Shown here: positions 27,990 through 40,599 of the stretch, one piece after another
How the letters are laid out: each line of letters opens with the position of its first letter
Position numbering within the stretch: position 1 is the first letter of the stretch
Assembly (NCBI RefSeq): GCF_009914755.1
Contig: NC_060947.1
Direction: 5' to 3' (one strand)
Length of the DNA: 64,000 nucleotides
DNA from: the human T2T-CHM13v2.0 reference genome, Homo sapiens
Translations under genes and position numbers: made by a program
The notes under the pieces: generated by a model
The model's database searches: none
What the model saw: the letters and a program-made list of their open reading frames with translations, nothing else
What the model was told of the DNA's origin: nothing

Positions 27990-28500
27990 TCTTTCTGCTT
28001 CCACTCTTGCCCTCTCTAATATACTCTAACTGTAGCCAGAGGCACCTTTTTAACATGCAAATCTGATGATGCCAATTCTCCATTTATAATCCTTAAGAGA
28101 CTCCCCATCACTCCCAGGATAAAGTCCAGAAGCCTTGGTGCGATGTGACAAGACCTGAATGTCCTGGCGCCTGCCTTGCTCTCCAGCTGTCCTCTTCCAA
28201 CCAATTACCAATTCCTCTACAGCTTCATTGAATGGGCCAGCGATCAACTCAGGTGCACAAATGAAGCATGTGCATGCGTATGTGCATGCGTACCTGTATG
28301 TGCGCACACACACACACACACACACAAACACACAGAGTTCTCCTTGATTTTCTCCTTTCCATAATCACTTATATCCAATCCATCAAGAAGTCCTGTCAAC
28401 TCAACTTCAAAAACAAATTCATAAGCCATCTCTTTCCTTCACCTCCACTGCCTCCACGCTGGTTCAAGCCACCATTATCTCTCATTTGTTCAGTAGCATA
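27990..28500 (+). mobile_element. L2 fragments with an embedded (CA)n tract
   Basis: GCCAGAGGCACCTTTTTAACATGCAAATCTGATGATG...CAGGATAAAGTCCAGA, and ATCCAATCCATCAAGAAGTCCTGTCAACTC. Confidence 0.65.
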
Positions 28501-30914
28501 TTAAAGAGTCTTAAAAGTCTCCTGGAAAAGGAAAGCTCTTGAACTATGGTTAACCCTCAAGTTACCAAATATATTTGACAATGACTTTTGTTGAACAACA
28601 GTTAACATTCACTCAGCAACTATTTTTTGAGGGCTTTATGTTATAAATTGTCTAGGTGTTGAGAATATATCATTGAAAACAAAAGGACTAATTCTATGCT
28701 CTTACAGAGCTTACAGTCTAGTGAGGAAGAAAGGCAATACACAAAATAAACTCTAGAACACCAGGTAATAAGTGCTGCTCAACTGTGACAAGAGGATGAC
28801 TGGGAGGGATTCAAATGAAAACGCGCAGGGTTGGCTCTCCACAGGAGTACAGACAGTTCATCCATTGTGACAGAAGGGCATGCAGTGGACATTGGCACAC
28901 ACATCTGAGAATGAAATGTTCTAGTGTTCCAGGAAAATGTGCAGGAAATTCTACCTAGAGGATAATTGCCTAACTCAAAAAACTTCTTGCTCCAGCTGAG
29001 TTTTTCACTATATCTTAGCTCTTGTCAGCACTGACCCCTTCTTCCACCCCTCCAACATACTCATACGCCTCTCCACTCCAGCAGCACCCGGCTACTTTCC
29101 ATTTCCCCAAAAATACCTAGTGAATTTCTTTACCCACACGGCCCTCTTTACTTGAAGTGCAGATTCCCCCCTTCTTTGTCTGGCAAAATCAGACTTGTTT
29201 TTGTATCCCTTATCTCTTTAGCAATTAGCACAAGGTCTTGCCTGGAGTTGATGCTCTGAAAATCGTAACTTGAATTGTTCTACCTTACTCTTTGCTTATT
29301 TAACTCTTCCCTTCCCACAGCCACACCATTGTTATTACTTTTCAAAGGAGAAAACTGAAGCCTCACCACAAGACTTCCCAGGCCAAGAGGCTGTCATGCC
29401 CCATTTGGACACAGAAGGATGTCTTAAGGCCTCTGGCCCCCAGTGCCCCAGATATCCCTAAGAGGAAGCCCTATAAGAAGAATGGGAAGCTCAGAGTTTC
29501 TCTGCCCCCTCCCCTCTACAAATCCTGAGAGTGAAGGCTCAGCTCAAACCAGCACTTCTGAGTCTCTGATTCTTTCCACTTGTTCCCAAGTTACTACAAG
29601 GGGGCATGTGAAAGCAATCAAGGTCCTTCCCCAGGCAAAGAAGACAATGGCCAATAAAGGGCTAGTTCTTGCCAAGAGAGTGGTTTGGGGACCATAGAAG
29701 GGCAAGGCTGAAAGTTGATCCCTTGTGAAGATTTCTATGAGCTTGTTAGGACCCAGTTAGTCCAAGGTAATGGGTGGAAAAATGAAGGTCTCCCTCATAT
29801 GGAAGACGTTAAGATTATAAAGCAGGAAGTTCATGGTAGGGAGTATATTAAAAAGCACACATTGGTGCTAATTTGGAAACAGTCATTTGGAAGAATGTAC
29901 AGGAATGGAGCAGATCTGGCAGTGCTCTCTTGTATAGAAAGCTGGGGGTATATTTCTCAATTGATCACCAGCCGGAAGTTCAAATGCACCAAAGCCTTTA
30001 TGGCTCCGCATTAACATTTTAAAGTCCACTGGGACATTCATGTCTCTCTAATTAGAAAATTCCCATTGTCAGGGGTTCGAGGCTTCCAGCCTGACAGAAC
30101 CACTAAGGACCTTTCCAATGTAGTGGTCTATCTGCACCTGTATAGAAGGAATGGCCAGTTTTCTTGGCTTGTCTATGCAGGGAATTTACCAATGAATTTG
30201 GCCTGGTGTGCACTACAGTGACCATTAAAATGTAAGCATGACACATGTAAATTCAGGCCAGAAGTGTTTAAATAAACTTCAGTGGGTAGAATCTAAAGCT
30301 GTTTCTGTTGCTGAATGGGTTCAACTCACAGGCATGTGTCCGTGAACACTCTGCTGATTTGCTATCACCTTCATGAGCCTGGTTGGTGTGCTGGCAGCAG
30401 CCAGGATAAAGCACATTTCCCATTGAATCAGGTCATTGCTATGGAGCCAAGCAAAACACATCACTTGAGGTTTCTTCTACCTATAGTAGTCCTTCCCCAG
30501 GGTACCTGTGTCTTAGCATGGCCCACTGGATCACGATGAGAGAAGCCAGTAGCATAAGCCCCGACTGCTGATTCAACAGCAAAGTAGAACATTGGAAGAA
30601 ACTAAACTGGGTCTTCAGAGATCATCTCATTATCTCCACCTGGGTCTGGCTTCATATTGATTTGAGCTGCTCTGCCTACGTCCCAGCCCCCATCTTCTGT
30701 GAAGCTATCCAATGTCTCATTTACTCATATGATCATGAGCTCAACAGTCACTGGACACTCACTATGTGACGAGCACTTTTGCTGGTCATTAAGAATACAA
30801 AAATGAATGTGACAGGCTCCCCTCCTCAAGGGGAGACAAGAGGCCCCCACAAAACCTGTGCTGAGAGACCTGTGGGTGGTGATGAGTACATAGCCACATG
30901 CCCCTTTCTCTACG

Positions 30915-32308
30915 TCAGCAGATGTCAAGCTTTATATTCTTAATAACTATTGAGGACCCTAAACAACTTGCATTTACGTGGATTATGTCTATCACTATCT
31001 ACCGTATTAGAAGTTAAGACTAAGATATTAAAAATATTAATTTGTTAAGTAACTATAAAATAAAAAATCAATCCAGTACATGGTGTCATAAACAGCACGT
31101 GTTTATGAAAAGCAACTATATTTTTTCAAAACAAAAATTATTTAGTTAGAAGAGATGCATTGTTTTTCAGTATTTCAAATGTCTAATCTCTGCCTTAATG
31201 AAAGATAGATGGATTCTTCCACTTCTGCATTGAATCTGTTTGCAGTATGTTGCTCTGTTTGAAGTATATGAAGAAAATGCACATAGATACGCATTTAGAA
31301 AAAATAAAATTATTTTAATAGACCAGATAATTTTGAATATTCTTCACTGATGCAACATGAAAAATCTCAACAAAAGGGGCTTTTTAAAAAGTTTAGTAAC
31401 AATAAAGATCTAAAACCATATCAATGAATGATTGTACTCTGCTATGTTAAAATCCATTGATCTATCACTTTGAATGGATTTTTAAGCAGTCATGCTTTTG
31501 TAACACTGTGCACTGTTCATTTGGAAAGCATTGGTACCCTGGGTTGCGTCTATCTTTTAAATGATGATACCTTTCATTATGTAATACCCCAAAGCCACAT
31601 TTGTTAGTATCACCACTGATCTGATGGAAAATGTCTTTGGCTTTTGGGAAGCTGTCAAGCTCACAGTGGTGAATCTACGTTTCCCAAAATTCTAATTTTT
31701 GCTCCAAAGCTCAAATTTTGTCATTGGAAAGAAATTAATTTGTTTTTTATTTTTGAAGTGGCAGGGTCTCTGTGTTCACTTTTGAGAAGATGTTTACTAA
31801 ATACTTAAGTCTAAGTCACCATAGATTGTCCCACGTAATTTCAAGTCAAAATGGGGTTCTATGGAAAAAAATTCAGCCAGTTCATCTCACAACTCAATTG
31901 CACAAGTGGTTTTCTTTGAGTCAACAATTGTACTATAGTGTATAACAAATGCTTTATATGTAGTTCCCATTTTGTCACACAGAATATTAAAAAGACCTGT
32001 ACTCAAGGCTTGAGCTTTCATAAAATTAATAACTTTTTCTACTTCTTCAAGGACATTCTTAAGTGAAACTGTTTTTTTAACTGCAAGTGTGGCAGTGAAG
32101 AAGTCAAAAACTACTAGTACAGTTTGGCATTACTGGTTTGATTTGTACCCAGGTGCCAGTAGTTTTACTCACTACTGCTTTTGCACCATCTGTGCAGATG
32201 TCAAGCCAGAGAAAAAAGCAAATAATGAAAATAGTTTTTACTTCACAGAATCTCCAAAAGAGTCTCTGGGTGCCCATGAGTCTATGGATCACACTTCAAG
32301 AATCATTG
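30915..32308. mobile_element. Charlie1-type hAT DNA transposon fossil (~1.4 kb)
   Basis: Internal TATTGAGGACCCTAAA... segment and terminal GAAAATAGTTTTTACTTCACAGAATC...GGATCACACTTCAAGAATCATTG resemble Charlie1a. No intact transposase ORF. Confidence 0.75.
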
Positions 32309-33207
32309 TTCTGTTTAATTTTCATGCCACTCCCTTTAAAATGGGTGCCTATGTTCACCAGACTCTGGGACCTGTGCCATTGAGTCTGCCTCTATGCATA
32401 AACCCCATCCAGTTTGCAAACTTTGTGAGGATGGGGTTCTGCTCATTGTTGTATTCATGTCATCAGGCACAGGGTCTGATATGTGGCAGGCCCTCCTTTA
32501 ATATTTGTTGAATGAAAAAATGAATGAATGAACGAATGAATTGCTTGAGAGTGAAGCTGAATATAGGGTACTGTGAAAGGTTCACCAGGAGGTGGCTACT
32601 ATGCTCTTTATTTCTCCACTTTTCTGATTTCTGTATATGTAAGAATGGACTATACCGCTCATGGAAGAGTAGTGCTTTCAGAGATGAGCAAAAGCTACAT
32701 TTACAGAGCCTTCTCTGCAGGGAGTGTTTGCAGAAGCCCTAAAATTGCTAACTCAAAGGGAGCTTAGTGAGAAAAATGAAAATTCCACTCCTTTTCTTGC
32801 AAAGGCTATTTCATTTTCCATTTTAAGATACTGATGATGCTGCCCTAATGGGGTCTATTGACAGAGGAGATGGAACCAGGAGGGCCCTCAGGGAGAGAAG
32901 GCTGCACCTAAAGGGCAGATTGGAGTGAATCACAATGAGGCACATAAAATTGGTCTTCTGAGCCACTCCACAGAAAGCCTTAGACATGAAAGCCACATTT
33001 GAAAACAAATCTCACATTTAAAAGGTAGCTCACATGGATCACAGAAGAAGCAGGAGCTATGTGCAAGAGAGACAGCAACCCTCAGGGAAGTTTTCTCCTG
33101 TTCTGAGTTGTGTGTGAATTAGTCCAGCAATCATGACTGTGGGAAACCCTTCTGTCGTGTTCACTGTGGCCTAGGACATTGCCTGGCCAACAGTAGGAGC
33201 TCGATTG

Positions 33208-33242
33208 AATTAATTAATTAATTAATTAATTAATTAATTAAT
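33208..33242. repeat. (AATT)n self-complementary microsatellite at an L2 tail
   Basis: About 8.75 perfect AATT units after an L2-like 3' end. Confidence 0.9.
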
Positions 33243-33549
33243 GCTGAGAACTGTATAATCCAAAGATCACATTTTACCACAACAGGCTACTCCTCTTTAC
33301 AGACATCCACCTTACCTGCTTTGGTTCTGGTTTCCACAGGCTGAAATGCTATTCTTTGTCAACATCAACCTCACCCTACTCACCCGTGAGTCTCCATACG
33401 AGGCCAACCCCCTATGAAGACACTGTCTTTCTCTGGCCCTGACTCCACTTGCCATGGAAGAGTTGACCTTAGCTAGGAGCACACGCAAGATTTTTTTCTC
33501 CCCATTCTACAGTTTAGAATAGTGCTGGAGAAGGGGCTGTCCATAAAGG

Positions 33550-34725
33550 CGGGGCTGCCCCTGGGATGTGCAGGGTCCTAGGCAAATATTTTTGTGGGTT
33601 CTTCTCTATATGAACAATTTAATGAAAACATGTATTGTGAAATTCATGGGCCCACATGAGGTATAGTGATTTGTTGATGAAGATTGAGCATTACAGGGGG
33701 AGAGGAGGTACTTAGTTGTCTGTTTACTGTGCCGTTAGTGCTTGTGAAGTTTCCCTATAGGGTTCAGGTTCCACATCTTCTTGTCTGGGCTCAGCAAGCA
33801 TGTCTTTATGTTCCTAATTGTCTAATGCACCACACATGACTAAGGTGATATCTCCCACTGAGAAGAAAAGAGAGCATCGCTGTTGTTGCTCAGTGTGCCA
33901 TGGCTCTTGAGCACCTACTTGTACTGAAACAGTCTAGATCTTCTTGCCTCTACAGGCCCCTGATACCCTTAAGTTCATGCAGGCTACACCAAGACCCATG
34001 ACACTGCCATTATCCACCAGGCTGCCTGTGAATATCAGCTCCCTGTGGACTCTCAGACGTTGTTACTGTGCTTCGTTGATGATGAGCACAAAGGCATACC
34101 TTCTCCAGAGTGTGCAGGAAAATGTGAACAATATATCACTTTATGGTCATGTTCAATATACCATTTGGCACTTTATAGCACACATGTAGAATGACACATC
34201 TTCCAACCATAGCCTCTCTTGAACCCTGGAGGCCATAATCATCGCATTCCTAGGATGGGATGTCTTTCCATGTTGACTGCACCCCTGCATTCTACACATG
34301 CCACCACAAGCAGGGAGGATGAGTGGCGGGGGCAGGGGGCCCATTGGCAGAGCATGAAAAGTGATCACATTCATGTAAGGAATGATCATGACATCATCAC
34401 ATGATTGAAAGCAAAATAGGAAATTTATCAGAAAGGCCCATTGAAAAAGTGAGACAACAATATCAGAAGCTCACAGAGATAGAAATAGTTAACTCTATAT
34501 GACTGCTTGACAAGTGCCAGAGAGCCCATAGAGTGGTGACCTGGGTGTCAGTGGAAGGGGTCATATCAGGTAAAAAACTCCTGCCACAACCTCCACCTCT
34601 GGTGCTATAGACTAGAGGTGGGCACACAGATGGGCAAAGACTCATGCATGGGCCCACACATGCAACTCAAGCCCAACTGGTGATGGTATACTAACAGGAT
34701 CCTGGGGCTCTGAGCCTATCCTATG
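33550..34725. mobile_element. Probable hAT-Tip100-like DNA transposon fossil, family uncertain
   Basis: GC-rich termini with GGGCCC subterminal motifs (GGGGCTGCCCCTGGGATGTGCAGGGTCCTAGGCAAATATTTTTGTGGG...). Confidence 0.4.
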
Positions 34726-35199
34726 TCAGTCAAGTCAGCATGTCAGCATTATTCTAGCAGCCCAGTCTTGCACAATTTCCTGAAAGAAATGCCATACAAG
34801 ACACTGGAACAACTTGTAGATATGAGTCCAGGAGCTCCAAAGGGGATCTAGATGACCCCATGATCACCTGTGCCCTGTGAGGGCACCACAGGGAAATCGG
34901 TGGAGAGTACACAGAGAGAAGAAATGGAGACTGGAACTTACATCGGTCCCTGTTTGGGCTCAGGACGCCTTGTTCAACTGGCACTGCCAGTCTGTCTGGT
35001 CCCTCTCACTGGAAGGGGACTTAGAAACTTTCAAGGAAGGATTTTCCGGTGATCAGGACCTATAAAGGACCCAGTCCAGACTGGCAACACCCTGCCTGGA
35101 TGATACTACTGGCCCTGTCTAGTCACAGGTACCAGATGGGGTCTCAGAAAATTCTGGAAAGCATTCCAAAGCAGGGGACCCCTGAGGAATAGGGACTGG

Positions 35200-35600
35200 A
35201 TGAGAGGATATGTTTGCTCAGGTCTGAGGGTGGTATTGCAGCTAGAGACTGTATTTCCGAGCTCTCCTTGAATCTAAGTAGAGTTATAAGACTAGTTCTC
35301 ACAATGGAATGTGAGTGGAATTAATGTGTAGTCCTTCCAGGCCAAACTAATAAAAAAAACAGAAATGATTTGTCCACCTTTCATTTCCATTTCTGCCAGC
35401 TGGTAGCAGAGTTCTCTGAGGCCCTAGTTGTGGCACTTCCACAAGATGGAAGGACCCAATGTCCCTAGATCATACGTGGAGGAAAGGCTGCCAACCAGCA
35501 ATTTCCATAATGCATTGCCACCTGAATGAGAAATAAACTTCTATTGTGTTAAGCTACTGACATTTGGGAGGTTTATTTGTTAGAGAACCAAGTGTTATTC
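35200..35600 (+). mobile_element. MaLR LTR (MLT1J-like)
   Basis: CAATGGAATGTGAGTGGAA...GAGAAATAAACTTCTATTGTGTTAAGCTACTGACATTTGGG. Confidence 0.75.
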
Positions 35601-35969
35601 AAAATGTAAAGTTCAAGTTTACACGGGGCTTACATTAAGAGTGGGCATGATACAGTCTTAAAGCTCTCCAAATGTGTCTTCTAGCCTTCTGATTACCAGC
35701 AACCTCATTAAATCTGACATAGCTTGGGATTCAATGGGACTGTAGCAGGTGAAGATACAAAATGCCTAGAGGTCACAGCTCAGGGGACAAGGATTAGCAA
35801 AAGGGATGGGTCTGTCTTTTTTGTGTTTTGCATTTCTAGCTGCACTCTGCAAAACTGACACTTGCAGGTTCAGACAACTGTGTCTGAGCTTTCCACAAAA
35901 ATTCTCCAATGTCCAGGAGCCCTTGTAGACGTAAGGGATCTAGGACAATGGTGGTTAACCCTGGAGCTA

Positions 35970-36368
<399 letters not shown>

Positions 36369-37817
36369 TCATAGTCTTCATTTTACTTTGAAATATAGCA
36401 TATAGAACACTAATAATTGATGATATTGATTTAATGGGGGATTTTCATGAGGAATAGATTTTTATGAGATGCAACAGTACTTATTTGAAACATATTGACA
36501 TTTTTAGTGCATGCTGAACAGCTTCCAGATTTATAGACTACAGCCTTATAATAGAAAAAACAACAATGAAGATCATTAGGAATCCTAAATTAAATTGGAA
36601 GTCTTTAAGAACTATAAAGTTTTAGTCAGAAAGTGACTGTCAAGAGGGTCCTAAGTATTAACTCTGGGATTTCCAGCCACAGCAATCATGCCTTAGAAAA
36701 CAATAGAAATCATAGTTCATTTTTAGCTGTTTTAATACAGGAACTCATCCCAATAGGAAATGTCTTGGTTTTACTCCAAACCTGGGAGTTTTTAGCAAGT
36801 ATGATCTCTTCTTTTGTGGTTACCCTGCTATCAAAGCCCAAGAAACACTGCATAGCTAAGTGATAGAGTTATATGAGCGAGACAGAGAGATAAAAACAGA
36901 GTGAAAAGCAACATCTCAATCATCAACCGGTTGTCAGCTTCTAAATATATCACTAGTCCCTTGAGGGTTGAAACATTGTCAGTTACTCATCTTTGTAAAT
37001 TCTTCCAAGCAATCACAAAGTAAATCTAATTCAATAATATGCACATAGTAGGAATCAAAGGTCACTTATCTATTGACTTATTTATTCATTAAATGTATAT
37101 TTCCTGAAGCCTACTCTATGCTGAGCCATCGGGATGCAGAAAGAGATAAACAAGTCTTAACCTTAGGCCTTCAGTTTCACATACAATGGCAGAGACAAAC
37201 CACATCTAGTAGATTACCACAATCTAATTTGATCAGCATGAACAGAAATGTACTGTCGTAGAATATTTAATGGTGTGAAGAGTGTTCAAAATATAGCAGA
37301 CTACAAAAAGAGAGATAACAGTATCTTATCTAAATAATAATTTATATAACCTTACCTAAATAATAATAGATAATCATTATTTTTGTATAACACTGAAACA
37401 GTGTTATAATAATAATGTAAGCATATTTTTGCAAAGAAAAAATTGGAGACCTCTAATTAAGATGGTATTCTCAGTTCATATTCTGAACCATGTCCTACCA
37501 CATCACCCTTTCTCCCTCCCTTTTCCCTTCCCATTCTTTAGACATACATCACTGTTAGATAAAATGTACAGAGAAAATTTTAAAAGAAAACAGCCACACT
37601 CCAAGACAGAATGATAACCCTTAATACAGAAAAGCAAAGTAGCACATAGGATGAAGTGTCCAGGATGGTGTACAAGGCATGGTTTTTAAAACAACCAGAA
37701 GTGCGTAGAAGTTTCTGATGTTTGATGAGGCACAGAAATACACTACACAACATGGAAAAGGATGCAAGGCTTGTAGCTTGAAATGAGGACTTGGGATGGT
37801 GCTCCACTCAGACATTT

Positions 37818-39562
37818 AAGCTGAGAGCCAAATCAAGAATGCAATCCCATTCACAATAGCCACAAAAAGAATAAAAATACATAGAAATACAGATAGCTAA
37901 GGATAAAGAAGTGGAATATATCTACAAGAAGAACTACAAAACACTGCTCAAAGAAATCAGAGATGACACAAACAAATGGAAAAACACTCCATGAACATGT
38001 ATAGGAAGAATCAATGTTGTTAAAATGGCCATACTGCCCAAAGCAACTTACAGATTCAATGCTATTCCTCTCAAAATACTGCTGACATTCTTTACAGAAT
38101 TAGAAAAAAACTATCTTAAAATACACATGGAACAAATAAAAGAGCCCAAATTGCCAAGGCAATCCTAAGCTAAAAGAATAAAACTGGGGGCACCATATAA
38201 CCCGACTTTAAACTATATTACAAAGCTACAGTAATCAAAACAGTACGGTACTGGCACAGAAACAGACACATAGACCAATGGAACAAGCTAGAGAGCCCAG
38301 AAACAATGCTGCACATGTAAAACCATCTGATCTTCAACAAAATTGACAAAAACAAGCAATGGAGAAAAGACTCCTTATTCAATAAATGGGAATGAAATAG
38401 TTATGGTTATGGTTATAATAGAATGGTTATGGTCATAATAGAAAGGCTATGAAATAACTGGCTAGGCATATGCAGAAGATTAAAACCGGACACCTTCCTT
38501 ACACCATATACTAAAATAAGTTCAAGATGCATCAAAGACTTAAATGTAAGCTCAAAAACTATAAAAACCATGGAAAATAACCTAGGAAATATTATTCTGG
38601 ACATAGGACCTGGCAAGGATTTCATGACGCAGATGCCAAAACCAATTGCAGCAAAACCAAAAATCGACAAATAGGACCTAATTAAACTAAACATCTTCTG
38701 CACAGCCAAAGAAGCTGTCAGAAGAGTAAATAGACAATGTACAAATGGGAGAAAGTATTTGCAAGCTATGCATCCAAAAATGGTCTAGTATCCAGTATCT
38801 ACAAAGAACTTAAATCAACAAGCAAACAACAAATAACCCTATGAGAAAAGGGTAAGGGACATGAACAGACACTTCTCAAAAGAAGATATACAAGCAGCCA
38901 AGAAACATGAAAAAAATGCTCAATATAACTAATCATCAGAGAAATGCAAATCAAAAACACAATGAGATACCATCTTACACCAATCAGAATGGCTATTAAT
39001 AAAAAGTCAAAAATAACAGATGCTGGCAAAGTTGTGGAGAAAAAGGAATATTTATACGCTGCTGGTGGGAGTGCAAATTAGTTCAGCCATTGTAGAAAGC
39101 AGTGTGGTGATTTCTCAAAGAACTTAAAATAAAACTACCATTTGACCCAGCAATTCCATTATTGGGTATATACCCAAAGGAATATAAACTGTTCTACCAT
39201 CAAGACACATGCATGCATATGTTCCTCGCAGCTCTATTCACAATAGCAAAGACACAGAATCAATGGTAGACTGCACAAAGAAGATGTGGCACATATACAC
39301 CATGGAATACTATGCAGCCATAAAAAAGAATGCAGTCATTTGCAGCAATATGGATGGAGCTGGAGGCCATGATCCTACGTGAACTAACACAAGAAGAGAA
39401 AACCAAATACTGCATGTTCTTACTTATAAGTTGGTGCTAAACAATGAGAACACATGGACACAAAGAAGAAAACAATAGACATCATGGTCTACTGGGTGGT
39501 GGAGGGTGGGAGGACAGTGAGGATGGAAAAACTACCTTTTGGGTAGCAAGCTTATTACCTAA
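37818..39562 (+). mobile_element. 5'-truncated L1 (old primate L1PA/L1PB), ORF2 3' part plus 3'UTR, tail missing
   Basis: GAAATCAGAGATGACACAAACAAATGGAAAAAC...CAATGAGAACACATGGACACAAAGAAG; many stop codons. Confidence 0.92.
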
Positions 39563-39589
39563 TGAAGCACATCAGATCAATTTCATCTG

Positions 39590-40345
39590 GATTATTTCTT
39601 CTTTTGAGAAATGTCTATTCAGGTCTTTTGCCCATTTTTAAATATATATATACATACAAATGGGAGAAAGTATTTGCAAGCTATGCATCCAAAAATATAC
39701 CAAATATATATATATATTTTTCCTATTGAGTTGTTTGAGCTTCTTTTATATTTTGATTATTAGTCTCTTGTCAGATGGGTAGTTTGCAAATTTTTTTTCC
39801 CATTCTGTGGGTTGTCTCTTCACTTTGTTGATTGTTTCATTTGCTGTGCAGAAACTTTTTAGATTGATGTGATCCCATTTGTCCATTTTTGCTTTGGTCA
39901 TCTGTGCTTTTGAGGTCATACTCAAGAAATCTTTGCCCAGACCAATGTTCTGGAGATTTTCCTCAATGTTTTCTTCTAGAAGTTTCATAGTTTCAGGTCT
40001 TAAATTTAAGTGTTTAATCCGTTTTGATTTGATTTTTGTGTATGGTTAGAGATAAGGGTCTAGGTACATTAATTTGTATATAATTGTTCAGTTTTCCCAG
40101 CACCATTTTTTGAAGAAACTGCCCTTTCCCTGCGTATGTTTTTGATGACTTTGTCAAAAATGAGTTGACTGTAAATGTGTGGATTTATTTCTGTGTCCTC
40201 TTTTCTGTTCCATTGGTCTATGTGTCTGTTTTTATGCCAGGACCATGCTGTTTTGATTACTATAGCTCTGTAGTATAGTTTGAAGTCAGGTAATGTGATT
40301 CCTCCAGCTTTGTTCTTTTGCTCAGGATTGCTTTGGCTACTCTGG
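39590..40345 (-). mobile_element. L1 ORF2 fragment, antisense
   Basis: Minus-strand ORFs [20 protein letters not shown]... and [38 protein letters not shown] are L1 ORF2p. Confidence 0.93.
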
Positions 40346-40361
40346 TTTTTTTTTTTTTTTT

Positions 40362-40595
40362 GCCAATAAATTGGAAAACCTAGAAGAAATGGATATATTC
40401 CTGGACATGTACAACCTACCAAGACTGAACCATAAAAAAATCCAAAACCTGAATATACCAATAACAAGTACCAAGATAGAAGCCATAATAAAAGGTCTCC
40501 GATCAAAGAAAAGCCGAGGACCTGATGGCTTCACCACTGAATTCTAGTAAATATTTAAAGAACTAATATAAGTCCTACTCAAACTATTCCAAAGA
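40362..40595 (+). mobile_element. L1 ORF2 fragment from a more 5' part of ORF2, inverted relative to its neighbour
   Basis: GCCAATAAATTGGAAAACCTAGAAGAAATGGATATATTCCTGGAC...GGACCTGATGGCTTCACCACTGAATTCTA. Confidence 0.88.
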
Positions 40596-40599
40596 AGCA

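Noticed and set aside
32089-32511. 140-aa ORF
   Set aside because: GTG start, overlaps the non-coding end of a Charlie1 fossil, and has no recognisable domain.
37386-37408. Perfect 10-bp hairpin TATAACACTG-AAA-CAGTGTTATA
   Set aside because: Isolated, AT-rich and too short for a pre-miRNA or MITE; plausibly chance or a micro-inversion.
40069-40506. 145-aa ORF, the longest in the window
   Set aside because: A chance chimera across the L1 inversion junction, partly ORF2p relic, with no promoter or splice support.
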